The notes under the pieces are model-generated. The model ran no database searches and was not told the origin of the DNA. It was given only the letters and a program-made list of their open reading frames with translations. Source: a virus (taxonomy: Duplodnaviria > Caudoviricetes). Taken from it: DNA of 64,000 nucleotides. Positions 30,153-39,197 of this stretch are shown here, one piece after another; within the stretch, counting starts at the first letter, position 1, and each line of letters starts with the position of its first letter. Made by a program: the position numbers and the translations under genes. The DNA lies in the IMG/VR virus record IMGVR_UViG_3300034062_005626; one strand, given 5' to 3'.

Positions 30153-31214
30153 ATGGACCTACAAAAATTTAAAGAACTCCTTTCAGTACCATCGAAAACA
30201 TATCAAGAAGAAGATATGGTAGAATATATTTGTGATGAGTTGGAAAAAATTCATGGAGTTACGTTTTATCGTGATAATATGATGAACATATACGCAACAA
30301 AGGGTACATTAGAAGAAGGTGAATTTTATCCCATGTTTATTGCTCACACTGATACGGTTCACAACAAAATAGATAAGATTGTTGTTAAAGAAGAAAAATT
30401 AAAACGACCATACACTTTTGGTAAAAATTTTCACGATAATCTTGTTGACGTATTGAAAGCTTACGATGTTAATGATTTACCGACAGGCATTGGGGGTGAT
30501 GACAAATGTGGTATTTTTATTTGTTTAGAATTACTTAAACAATTAGACAAAGTAAAAATTGGTTTATTTGTAAGTGAAGAAACGGGTTGTCACGGTTCAT
30601 CAAAATGTGATGAAACTTTTTTGCAAGATGTAGGTTATATCACACAATACGATGCACCTGGCAACCATTTAATTACCGAGATTTGCTCGGGAGTTCGTTT
30701 ATTTGAACGGGATAGTGAATTTTTTACAAAAACATCAAAAGTTATTACCGAATCTTTTGGAAATGAAATGTTAGTTCAATCACATCCTTATACTGATATT
30801 TCACAGTTAAAGAAAAAAATTGATGTGTCTTGCATCAACATGTCTTGCGGTTATTACAATATGCATTCACCACAAGAGTTTATTTCAATTGAAGATGTAA
30901 AATGTGCAATTGAAGCTGGAAAAAACATGGTTAAAGAATTGGGGTTAAAAAAATATGAATATCAATATAAACCGATAGTTTATACACCTACAACCGTTAT
31001 GAACTCATTTGTTGAAGAATTTGATGATGATTTAGATATTTTTGAAGTACAAGAAATAGAAAGTCATCATCGTTTACAAACTATTGATGTATATGAGGAA
31101 AAAGATGGAATCACACTAACTGATGTTTACGATGATGGTTTTATGTTTATTCCTGATGAGGATTTGGCAAATTTATATGAAATTATTAGAGAAAGATTAA
31201 TTAAAAAATATTAA
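30153..31214 (+). CDS. M28/M20/M42-clan zinc peptidase
   Basis: AHTDTVH, GGDDKCG, EETGCHGS, GYYNMHS metal-ligand motifs. Confidence 0.85.
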   Translation: MDLQKFKELLSVPSKTYQEEDMVEYICDELEKIHGVTFYRDNMMNIYATKGTLEEGEFYPMFIAHTDTVHNKIDKIVVKEEKLKRPYTFGKNFHDNLVDVLKAYDVNDLPTGIGGDDKCGIFICLELLKQLDKVKIGLFVSEETGCHGSSKCDETFLQDVGYITQYDAPGNHLITEICSGVRLFERDSEFFTKTSKVITESFGNEMLVQSHPYTDISQLKKKIDVSCINMSCGYYNMHSPQEFISIEDVKCAIEAGKNMVKELGLKKYEYQYKPIVYTPTTVMNSFVEEFDDDLDIFEVQEIESHHRLQTIDVYEEKDGITLTDVYDDGFMFIPDEDLANLYEIIRERLIKKY

Positions 31215-32356
31215 TCAACATAAGGTATTAAGGGTTCGGTATTCAACATATTTAAAATATATTTTAATGGTGCCGAACCTTTTTTGAGTGGATTCCACGA
31301 ACTTCTTTTACGTATACCATAATTAACCATCAAACTATCTTTATCAACATTTAATATTCTTATTTCGTAGTCTCCTGGTATTTGTTTAAATGTGTTAAAT
31401 CCAATTTTATCATTTATAATATTAATTATTTGAAAGTATTTTTTCATTTTTTCTTCTCCACCCTCTTCAATCATACTTTCCAATTCTTCTTCTAATCCTT
31501 CCAAAACTCTTACACTTCTTTTATTAAATTCACTATAAAAAACATCAGCATCCCAAGCCTCATATTGAACTTCATAATATTCAGGAACGTGTGTTCTAAC
31601 TTCTTTTTCTATCGCCTTAAATAATATATCCATCAAACAATCGTCAGGTGTTCCATATCTTACAAATAACATAATCGCATCTCCCCAATTTAAAAAATAC
31701 TTCCAATAACAATTACTTGATTGGTTTTCGATTCCAACAACAGATAAACAATTACAATATATATCATCAATATATTTAGGTACTGCCGCGTCTGTTGCCA
31801 TTTCACTCGCATATGAATACGATTCAATTAAATCATCTTTTGTTCTATTACTTACAGATTCAATAAAGTCTGATATTTTATCTGACTCTTTATTTTTTTT
31901 CCATTCGATTTGGTCATTAACCACTTCAAATTCTTTTAATAAGTTTGGTTGATATATTTTTAATATGTTATATAAAACTTTTAATGATTCACCCTTTAAT
32001 CCGTCTAACACATATCCTTCATCCCAATCATCATTTGCTCTATCCCAATAATCCCATTCCCATGAACCTCTACGCATAGAATCTAAGTATCCCGCTTCAT
32101 ACCAACCGTCACTACCTTCTTCACCATAAGTTTCTTTGAAAAAAAATCTTAGATAGTCTTCTAATCCTTCATGGAAAGTAAAAGTTATACCATCATAACC
32201 TACTTCATAAAAGTCTGAATAATCTTCACCATCGCACCCATCAAAATCAGTATCATATGGGTCAATCTTTCTTTTGTTAAGAGCAAGAATTTTTTGATAG
32301 TCAGTTAATTCAACATCGTCATCCTCTTCTTCAAAAATTTTTGAAAATTTATTCAT
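31211..32356 (-). CDS. acidic hypothetical late protein
   Basis: 381-aa ORF; short leader MNKFSKIFE; palindromic late motif upstream. Confidence 0.75.
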   Translation of the reverse strand: MNKFSKIFEEEDDDVELTDYQKILALNKRKIDPYDTDFDGCDGEDYSDFYEVGYDGITFTFHEGLEDYLRFFFKETYGEEGSDGWYEAGYLDSMRRGSWEWDYWDRANDDWDEGYVLDGLKGESLKVLYNILKIYQPNLLKEFEVVNDQIEWKKNKESDKISDFIESVSNRTKDDLIESYSYASEMATDAAVPKYIDDIYCNCLSVVGIENQSSNCYWKYFLNWGDAIMLFVRYGTPDDCLMDILFKAIEKEVRTHVPEYYEVQYEAWDADVFYSEFNKRSVRVLEGLEEELESMIEEGGEEKMKKYFQIINIINDKIGFNTFKQIPGDYEIRILNVDKDSLMVNYGIRKRSSWNPLKKGSAPLKYILNMLNTEPLIPYVD

Positions 32357-32372
32357 ATATTTATAAATATAT
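32355..32372. promoter_or_regulatory. 18-bp perfect palindrome containing late motif (ATATATTTATAAATATAT)
   Basis: Self-complementary; contains TATTTAT on both strands. Confidence 0.6.
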
Positions 32373-32394
32373 TGTGAAATATAAATATTTGTAT

Positions 32395-32402
32395 TATATT
32401 TG
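32395..32402 (+). promoter_or_regulatory. Bacteroidota -7 element TATATTTG for tmRNA
   Basis: Consensus match with TTG 20 nt upstream; 37 nt before the mature 5' end. Confidence 0.55.
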
Positions 32403-32439
32403 TTTTATAGTTCTTTGAAAATAGTCATTTAAGATATAT

Positions 32440-32827
32440 GGGCCTATATTGGAATTGACGGGCGTTGGTTGAATAAAAGAAGCATGTCGGGACTGAATTA
32501 ATCTCGTTAAAAACTGATTCAAAAAACAACTGGCAATGTGCTAAACAACCTTGAGACTTTGGGACTTATCTCAACTCAAGAAGTTACTGTAGCTTAATTA
32601 AGATACGGAAACGGGGGGTCGGCAGACATATAACCTAGCAACAGAAGTCGTAGTTGTGGTGGATTACTATTGAACCCTAAATCGAATGGTGACCATTGGT
32701 TGTTGATTTACGATGGTGAAGAACAAATCAACTATTTTGGAATATTAGAAAATATTAACCTAAACGTGTAGTTGTCTTTTAGACAAAACGAGCCGGACGA
32801 GGGAGTCGGAGCCCTCTAGGTCCACCA
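32440..32827 (+). ncRNA. ssrA: tmRNA (388 nt)
   Basis: Acceptor stem GGGCCTA/TAGGTCC with G3:U70, A73 and encoded CCA; 5' GGAATTGACGG; PK1 (CGGGA/TCTCG, TGAATT/GATTCA); tag ORF 32532-32597; CCTAAACGTGTAG and GGAC 3' elements. Confidence 0.95.
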
Positions 32828-32830
32828 ACT

Positions 32831-32864
32831 AATCCCACTATTTAATTATGGTGGGATTTTTTTT
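32831..32864 (+). terminator. intrinsic terminator after tmRNA
   Basis: AATCCCACTAT...ATGGTGGGATT hairpin plus T-tract. Confidence 0.85.
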
Positions 32865-32883
32865 AATATTTTTTTCAAAAAAA

Positions 32884-32914
32884 TTTGGAGATATATAAAA
32901 AACGTGTATCTTTG
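32884..32914 (+). promoter_or_regulatory. Bacteroidota sigma-70 promoter TTTG-N19-TATCTTTG
   Basis: -33 TTTG at 32884-32887, 19-nt spacer, -7 at 32907-32914. Confidence 0.8.
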
Positions 32915-32953
32915 TATTGTAATCAGTTATTAACCATCTAAAAAATCAAAATT

Positions 32954-33550
32954 ATGAAAAAATTGTTTTTTGTCTCTACATTATTTATGTCTTTTTTCTT
33001 TTCATCTCAAGTTAAGTATACGTTAAAAAAGTACCCAATGTACTCTAAAATATGGGAAAAAAAATATGACAAAACTGAAAAAGATGAAGATGGGTTGCCT
33101 TTAATTGTTTTTTCACCAAAAGGTTACAACACGTTTGGAGACAATACCTCAACTTTTAAAAATGTAAGTCAAACTAAAGTACAATCATATTTGATTTCAG
33201 AATTAAATAAATTTAGAAAGGACTACAAAAAAAATTCGATTTCTAAGAGTGGTGTTTTAACAAGTAAAAGTATCAATGATGCAAAAAATATATCGACGGT
33301 TAAAGATTACAATATTTCTAAAGAAAAAAATGTCAAAATTGTTTACGACTTTATTCCTGTAGATTTTTTCTCTCGTGTGGACGTAAAAAAATATGAAATT
33401 GAAAAAATTATTGCAGAGTCTGTTTTCGATTGGTTTGTTGCAAACGATGAAGGAATGTCTTTGTTGTTGACTGAAAAAAGAAAAGAATTTGGACTTGGCG
33501 TTTATATTAGTGAAACCAAAGGAGTTACAATTGTGATTCGAGGAAAATAA
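32954..33550 (+). CDS. secreted protein with degenerate CAP/SCP-like domain
   Basis: Signal peptide MKKLFFVSTLFMSFFFSSQ; LISELNKFRKDY and DWF...LL...KEFGLG resemble CAP motifs. Confidence 0.45.
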   Translation: MKKLFFVSTLFMSFFFSSQVKYTLKKYPMYSKIWEKKYDKTEKDEDGLPLIVFSPKGYNTFGDNTSTFKNVSQTKVQSYLISELNKFRKDYKKNSISKSGVLTSKSINDAKNISTVKDYNISKEKNVKIVYDFIPVDFFSRVDVKKYEIEKIIAESVFDWFVANDEGMSLLLTEKRKEFGLGVYISETKGVTIVIRGK

Positions 33551-33577
33551 AAAAAGGGGTTAATAAACCCCTTTTTT
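33549..33577. terminator. bidirectional terminator between convergent genes
   Basis: AAAAAGGGGTT-AAT-AAACCCCTTTTT. Confidence 0.85.
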
Positions 33578-33606
33578 TATTTCTTATTACAACTTAAATG
33601 TTGGTA

Positions 33607-34155
33607 TTAAACTTCAAAAGCCGAAGCTAAGTCTTTTTGTGAAGACATACCACAAATTTTTTCTTGGAAAAATTGTCTAGTATCTGAAAATTTTGTAGTT
33701 CTTGCTGTTCCCGCAGTGGCAGGGAAACTGATTGCATCAAAAGTTATTTTCTTACTATCATAAAAAGTATAAAAAGTTCCAGTTGAACAATCAAAATATA
33801 TTGTTTTAGATATTGATTGACCAGCAATAGCTTTAGCTGACTCTGCTCCCGCCATATCACCAGTATCTACTTTAGAACCAGCCTTTGAACCATCTTTTCT
33901 AAAATAAAGTAAACCTGGCATAGTACATTGTGTGTTGCTGGTTTTTGTAACTTTTGCTCCTCCTTTAATAATTAAATTTACACTTGGAAGCCAAGATTCA
34001 ACAGGTTGATTACTATTATCCACAACTCTTCCAACTGGACTGTCCGCAATTCCAAAACCTAAATTTGCAGGAATAGTCATATCCTCACTTTCTTTAATCA
34101 CCCTTCTTACAATTCGAGCCAAATCTGACTCAGTTAATCTAACAATTCTTTTCAT
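33607..34155 (-). CDS. MKRIVRLTESDL-leader protein, cargo of unknown function
   Basis: Leader MKRIVRLTESDLARIVRRVIKE. Confidence 0.85.
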   Translation of the reverse strand: MKRIVRLTESDLARIVRRVIKESEDMTIPANLGFGIADSPVGRVVDNSNQPVESWLPSVNLIIKGGAKVTKTSNTQCTMPGLLYFRKDGSKAGSKVDTGDMAGAESAKAIAGQSISKTIYFDCSTGTFYTFYDSKKITFDAISFPATAGTARTTKFSDTRQFFQEKICGMSSQKDLASAFEV

Positions 34156-34172
34156 AATTTTTTTGTTATAAG

Positions 34173-34726
34173 TTAATTTTTTTATTATCTTTGTTTAATA
34201 AATATACATTCAATTATAAAAATTCATTTTATGTGAACTTTTTTAATTAATGTCTTTAAATGGTTTATTTTTTGGACTTTTCTCGGTTCTTCCGTATGAT
34301 GTTCCTTTTGTGTCCGCTGAAGAAACTTTTTCACTAGAATTAAATTGACCCAAGTGACGCTCAACCTCATCAACGATGTCATTTTGTTCATCATATAACC
34401 CACCAATGTTAGAACCATATGGTACATATTCCATATCTGTAGATATGTAAGCACCAATAGTTTTGTATCCAAGTTTTTTTACTGCAGCTAACGCCTCTTC
34501 ATAGTCCGTTTTATTTTTAATTGAGTAGACCGCTCTTTGAATTGCTCTTTCGTCAGTACCTAATCCAGACATTGCCTTAGTAATTGATTTAATTGCGTTT
34601 TCACCATTACCCTCACTAATAACCCGTCTAACAATACGTGCTAAGTCTGATTCTGTAAGTCTTATAATTCTTTTCATAATTTTTTAATTATTTTAATTTT
34701 TTTATTATCTTTGTTTAATAAATATA
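34173..34726. repeat. 34-bp identical direct repeat (34173-34206 and 34693-34726) containing late motif
   Basis: TTAATTTTTTTATTATCTTTGTTTAATAAATATA upstream of both tandem leader genes, 520-bp period. Confidence 0.9.
34243..34677 (-). CDS. MKRIIRLTESDL-leader protein with annexin-like repeat
   Basis: Leader then AIKSITKAMSGLGTDERAIQRAV, the annexin (A)MKGLGTDE signature. Confidence 0.7.
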   Translation of the reverse strand: MKRIIRLTESDLARIVRRVISEGNGENAIKSITKAMSGLGTDERAIQRAVYSIKNKTDYEEALAAVKKLGYKTIGAYISTDMEYVPYGSNIGGLYDEQNDIVDEVERHLGQFNSSEKVSSADTKGTSYGRTEKSPKNKPFKDIN

Positions 34727-34745
34727 TTGTAATTCAAAAAAAGTT

Positions 34746-35249
34746 ATGCAAACTTTTCTCCCCTATTCAGATTTTAGAAAATCATTAGAGTCTTTAGATA
34801 ATAAACGTCTTGGTAAACAACGTGTTGAGGCGTATCAAATTATATCTGCGATTACTGGTCGTACACGTAAAGATGGTAAACCTTATAAAGGATGGTTAAA
34901 TCACCCGTGTTCTGTCATGTGGAAAGATTATGTTAATGCTCTAAAACAATACTATAATGATTGTATTGATGTTTGGGTTGAACGTGGTTTTAAAAACACT
35001 ATGGAACACGAACATATTGAAGGTGATTTTGTTTTACCTCATTGGTTGGGTACAGAAGAGTTTCATTCTTCACATAGAGCAAACTTATTACGTAAAGATG
35101 GTGAATACTATTCAAAACATGGTTGGACTGAAAACCCTGATGACCCATACGTATGGATGGATGATAAAGGATTGTGGTATAAACAAATTGTTGGTAGTAA
35201 AGAAAGGGTATTTTTTACGCCTGATGTTCTACAATTGTGTAGTGAATAA
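34746..35249 (+). CDS. pyrimidine-dimer DNA glycosylase / endonuclease V family
   Basis: MQTFLP...LDNKRLGKQRVEAYQI, HPCSVMW, HSSHRANLLRKD, PYVW. Confidence 0.9.
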   Translation: MQTFLPYSDFRKSLESLDNKRLGKQRVEAYQIISAITGRTRKDGKPYKGWLNHPCSVMWKDYVNALKQYYNDCIDVWVERGFKNTMEHEHIEGDFVLPHWLGTEEFHSSHRANLLRKDGEYYSKHGWTENPDDPYVWMDDKGLWYKQIVGSKERVFFTPDVLQLCSE

Positions 35250-35294
35250 TATCGCCGTAAGTTTCAATCCAATTTATACAATTAATAAATACTT

Positions 35295-36236
35295 CTATAT
35301 AAGTTCCATAATTTTTCTATATACCTGTAATACGTTTGGATGACATTCAAAAGTTTTTTTATTTTCTAAACAATTCACTAAAGATGGTATACCTTGTATT
35401 GAACCCCACTCTTTTACCCCATGTTTCATGTCTGATGCGCACATCAAATCACAGCCCCCACTAATGTAATTATATTTGTAATTTTGACTACCATTTCTAT
35501 ATGGGGCTCTAAATTCAGGATTAATTGAACTACCTAATTGAATAATTTCACAATCTGTGGTTCCTGCTAAGTGTAATAAACCTGAATCCATTGTAACAAA
35601 ACATGAACTATAATTTATTAAATGCCATGTTTCGTCAATTGAAGTTTTATTCATTAAATTAATTCCTTTTTCTATTTCAAAGTCAAACACAGGTTTATCA
35701 ACATTTGAACCTCCAATTTCTGACGAGTTTTTTCCTATTGATACAACAAAAATTCCTTGTTCATTTAAAAGTTTTGTCAAGATTTTCCAATTATCAATCG
35801 ACCAAGTTCTTGAGTTCCAATTTTGAACAGGGTGAATTAAAACATATTTTCTTGGAAAATTTTTCATTATTGAAACTTTGTTTGGAATAAAATCCAACTT
35901 CATTTCTTCTTTTGTCAACATAAACCCCAAAGAAATTGCATGAATTTGTCTAATGTCCATTACATTATGTTTATTACAAACCCCATTTGGTTTGTAAAAA
36001 ACATCAAAAGAATTAAAAATTTCATATTCATTTTTTTCTTCATCAGTTATTGGGTTAAATAATTCACTATAAACTTTATCCACATATGGATTATTTAAAA
36101 ACAAATATGGGTGATGTGTAATCACCGAAATTTTTTGACCATAAGAATTATATAATTTTCTAATTGTAGGTGTTGAACATAATGTATCGCCTAAAGCTCT
36201 ACTTTCAGTTAAATCTAAACAAATTTTTTTCATCAA
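35295..36236 (-). CDS. GT9-family (heptosyltransferase-like) glycosyltransferase
   Basis: LGDTLCSTPTIRKL, LFLNNPYVDKV, SRTWSIDNW, DSGLLHLAG. Confidence 0.85.
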   Translation of the reverse strand: MMKKICLDLTESRALGDTLCSTPTIRKLYNSYGQKISVITHHPYLFLNNPYVDKVYSELFNPITDEEKNEYEIFNSFDVFYKPNGVCNKHNVMDIRQIHAISLGFMLTKEEMKLDFIPNKVSIMKNFPRKYVLIHPVQNWNSRTWSIDNWKILTKLLNEQGIFVVSIGKNSSEIGGSNVDKPVFDFEIEKGINLMNKTSIDETWHLINYSSCFVTMDSGLLHLAGTTDCEIIQLGSSINPEFRAPYRNGSQNYKYNYISGGCDLMCASDMKHGVKEWGSIQGIPSLVNCLENKKTFECHPNVLQVYRKIMELI

Positions 36237-36287
36237 TTAAAATATAGGATACTTCACAAATAATATGAATAAATTATTTTTTTAATT

Positions 36288-39197
36288 ATGAAATTAAAAT
36301 TAATGTATGTGGTTCCTCATTTATCAACAGGAGGAATGCCACAATTCGTATTAAAAAGAATTGAATCTTTATTGGAATATAAAAATGAAATTGAAGTTTT
36401 TCTTGTAGAATACTCACAATTTAGCGACACATATATTGTTCAAAGAAATAAGATAATAGAATTACTGGATGTTGGTCATTTTTTTTCATTAGGTTGGTTT
36501 ACAGAGCCTGAAAAAAAATATCAACTAATTGATATTATAAAAGAAAACAAGATTGATATTGTCCATATTGAAGAAATACCTGAAGGGTTTGAAAGTTTCA
36601 ATAAAATTCCTTTGGATATACTTAATCAACTTTATGATAATAATAGAACGTGGAAAATTGTTGAAAGTTGTCACAATATTTGGTTTGATGGTAATTCAAA
36701 TAAAAAGTTACATCCTGACTATTACTCTTTTGTTACTCCATACCATTTAAGCTCACAGTTTAATAAACTTAATACTCCAAAAAAAGTTTGGGAATACCCC
36801 ATAGAAAATAAAGTAAGTGATATATTAAAAGAGTATTCAATTTATGACAAATCACATAGAGTTCCAACATTAAAAAAAATAATTGAGAGGGAAAACTTAC
36901 AAATTTCTATGACAAAAACACACATTTTAAATGTGGGTCTTTGGACTGAAGGTAAAAATCAAAAAGAAGGTATTGAAGTCGCAAGATTACTTGAAAATAC
37001 ACACCCTGATTTACATTTTCATTTTATTGGAAATCAAGCATCAAATTTTGAAAACTATTGGGGTCCAATTATGAATAACTTACCAAAAAATGTTACAGTA
37101 TGGGGGGAAAGAGAAGATGTTGATACATTTATGAAAGCCTGTGATGTTTTGATGTTTAATTCAACTTGGGAATGTAACCCTTTGGTGGTTAGAGAGGCTA
37201 TTAACTATGGAATGAAGATAATGACAAGAAATCTTCCTCAATATATGGGAATGTTTGATGAATATATAACACCAATTAAATCAAACAACTACGAAGACAT
37301 CAAAAATACCTTACTTGAATTATTAAATTCAAATAAGACTTATGAAATAAATACAAAAAGAGATTTCAAAAAAGAATTATTAGATTTTTATAAAGAAGTT
37401 AATAACGTTTCAAAAACTTTAAACAATCCAATAACAAAAACATATAAGGTAAATAATCATTTTGTTGTTAATCCATTTATTGAAATATCGGGCGAAGAAG
37501 AAACGAACTTTGAAATAACTTTTATTGATGAAGGTGGAAATGTAATTTATCAAAATAATATACCCATAAATTCTTGGGTAAAATTGAATAGGGAATATTA
37601 CACAAAATGGACAATTAGAGTTAAAGAAGATAATAGTGTAATTTTTTCTAACATTTTAAATTTAGAAAATAGAAGAGTTTACATTTCTTTTGGTTCAAAA
37701 TCCCTTGGAGATTCTTTGGCTTGGATTCCGTACTGCGAAGAATTTAGAAAAAAACATAATTGCGAATTAATTGTGTCAACATTTTTAAATGATTTATTCA
37801 AAGACCAATACCCAAATATTGAATTTGTTGAGCCAGGTGAAACTGTATATGATATATATGCTCAATACCAACTTGGTTGGTTTTATAATGAAAATGGTGA
37901 ATTTGATTCAAATAAACATCCCTTTGATTTTAAAAAACAACCACTACAAAAAACGGCAACAGATATTTTAGGTTTAGATTATGTTGAAATTAGACCTGAA
38001 TTAAAATTGCCAAACATTACAAAAAAGAAAAAAGTGGGCATTGGGTTTCATTCAACAGCACAAGCAAAATATTGGAATAACCCTGATGGTTGGCAGGTGG
38101 TTATAGATTATTTAGATTCATTAGGTTATGAATGTATGATATACTCAAAAGAGGGTAATGGTTATATGAATAATTTTTATCCAAAAGGGGTTACGATTTA
38201 TAAAGGTGGAAACCTTCAAGAAGTAATTGATGATTTATCCGCCTGTGAGTTTTTTGTAGGTTTAGGTTCAGGATTATCTTGGTTGGCGTGGGCATGTAAA
38301 ATACCCGTAGTTTTGGTTTCAGGATTTAGTGAAAAATGGGCTGAGACAACCTTAGACACATATAGAGTTATAAATGAAAATGTATGTCATGGATGTTTTA
38401 ATAATGATAGATTAAATGCTGGAGATTGGAATTGGTGTCCGTTACATAAAGGAACTAACAGACAATTTGAATGTACAAAAGAAATAAGTTCTGATATGGT
38501 CATAAAAGAAATAAATAAAATAATTAACAAAGAAATGATAGAAGATAAACAATTTGATTGGGGTAAAAAAAGTGAATGGTATGTAAGTCAAGCAACAAAA
38601 GAAATTTTTGAAGATGATGCTTATGAAAGATTTTTTGAAGTTGAAGAGGGGGATATAGTTGTCGATTTGGGGGCATCGATTGGTCCTTTTACCTATAAAA
38701 TTTTACCTAAAAACCCAAAACAATGTTATGTTGTTGAACCTTTATCTTATCATATAAATGTTTTACATAAAAACGTAGGAGAAGATAATGTTAAAATTAT
38801 TCAAGGAGCAATTACGGATAAAAAGAATATAGAAATAACATGGGACGGTATAACAGAAAGTGTTCCTACATTTTCATTCAGAGAATTTTTAAATGAAAAT
38901 AAAATAAATAAAATAGATTTTTTAAAGTGTGATTGTGAAGGTGGTGAGTATGATGTATTTCAACCGTCCAATATAGATTTTTTAAAAACAATACCAAAAA
39001 TTGTAACAGAATTTCATTTAGTAAATGATGAAAACTTCCACGAATGTAAGTTTAGATGGTTCAGAGATAATATACTACCAAAATTTGAAAATTATAAAGT
39101 GTATTCTTACGATGGTGTTGATATAAAATGGGATTTATGGAATGACCATTTTATTGAATATTATAATGAAGTTATTATCTATATAGATAATAGATAA
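36288..39197 (+). CDS. tri-domain enzyme: GT4 + autotransporter O-heptosyltransferase (Aah/TibC-like) + FkbM methyltransferase
   Basis: VPHLSTGGMP and WECNPLVVRE (GT4); SKSLGDSLAWIPYCEEFRKKH, GLGSGLSWLAW and CHGC..WCP..EC (BAHT); DLGASIG, DFLKCDCEGGE (FkbM). Confidence 0.85.
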   Translation: MKLKLMYVVPHLSTGGMPQFVLKRIESLLEYKNEIEVFLVEYSQFSDTYIVQRNKIIELLDVGHFFSLGWFTEPEKKYQLIDIIKENKIDIVHIEEIPEGFESFNKIPLDILNQLYDNNRTWKIVESCHNIWFDGNSNKKLHPDYYSFVTPYHLSSQFNKLNTPKKVWEYPIENKVSDILKEYSIYDKSHRVPTLKKIIERENLQISMTKTHILNVGLWTEGKNQKEGIEVARLLENTHPDLHFHFIGNQASNFENYWGPIMNNLPKNVTVWGEREDVDTFMKACDVLMFNSTWECNPLVVREAINYGMKIMTRNLPQYMGMFDEYITPIKSNNYEDIKNTLLELLNSNKTYEINTKRDFKKELLDFYKEVNNVSKTLNNPITKTYKVNNHFVVNPFIEISGEEETNFEITFIDEGGNVIYQNNIPINSWVKLNREYYTKWTIRVKEDNSVIFSNILNLENRRVYISFGSKSLGDSLAWIPYCEEFRKKHNCELIVSTFLNDLFKDQYPNIEFVEPGETVYDIYAQYQLGWFYNENGEFDSNKHPFDFKKQPLQKTATDILGLDYVEIRPELKLPNITKKKKVGIGFHSTAQAKYWNNPDGWQVVIDYLDSLGYECMIYSKEGNGYMNNFYPKGVTIYKGGNLQEVIDDLSACEFFVGLGSGLSWLAWACKIPVVLVSGFSEKWAETTLDTYRVINENVCHGCFNNDRLNAGDWNWCPLHKGTNRQFECTKEISSDMVIKEINKIINKEMIEDKQFDWGKKSEWYVSQATKEIFEDDAYERFFEVEEGDIVVDLGASIGPFTYKILPKNPKQCYVVEPLSYHINVLHKNVGEDNVKIIQGAITDKKNIEITWDGITESVPTFSFREFLNENKINKIDFLKCDCEGGEYDVFQPSNIDFLKTIPKIVTEFHLVNDENFHECKFRWFRDNILPKFENYKVYSYDGVDIKWDLWNDHFIEYYNEVIIYIDNR

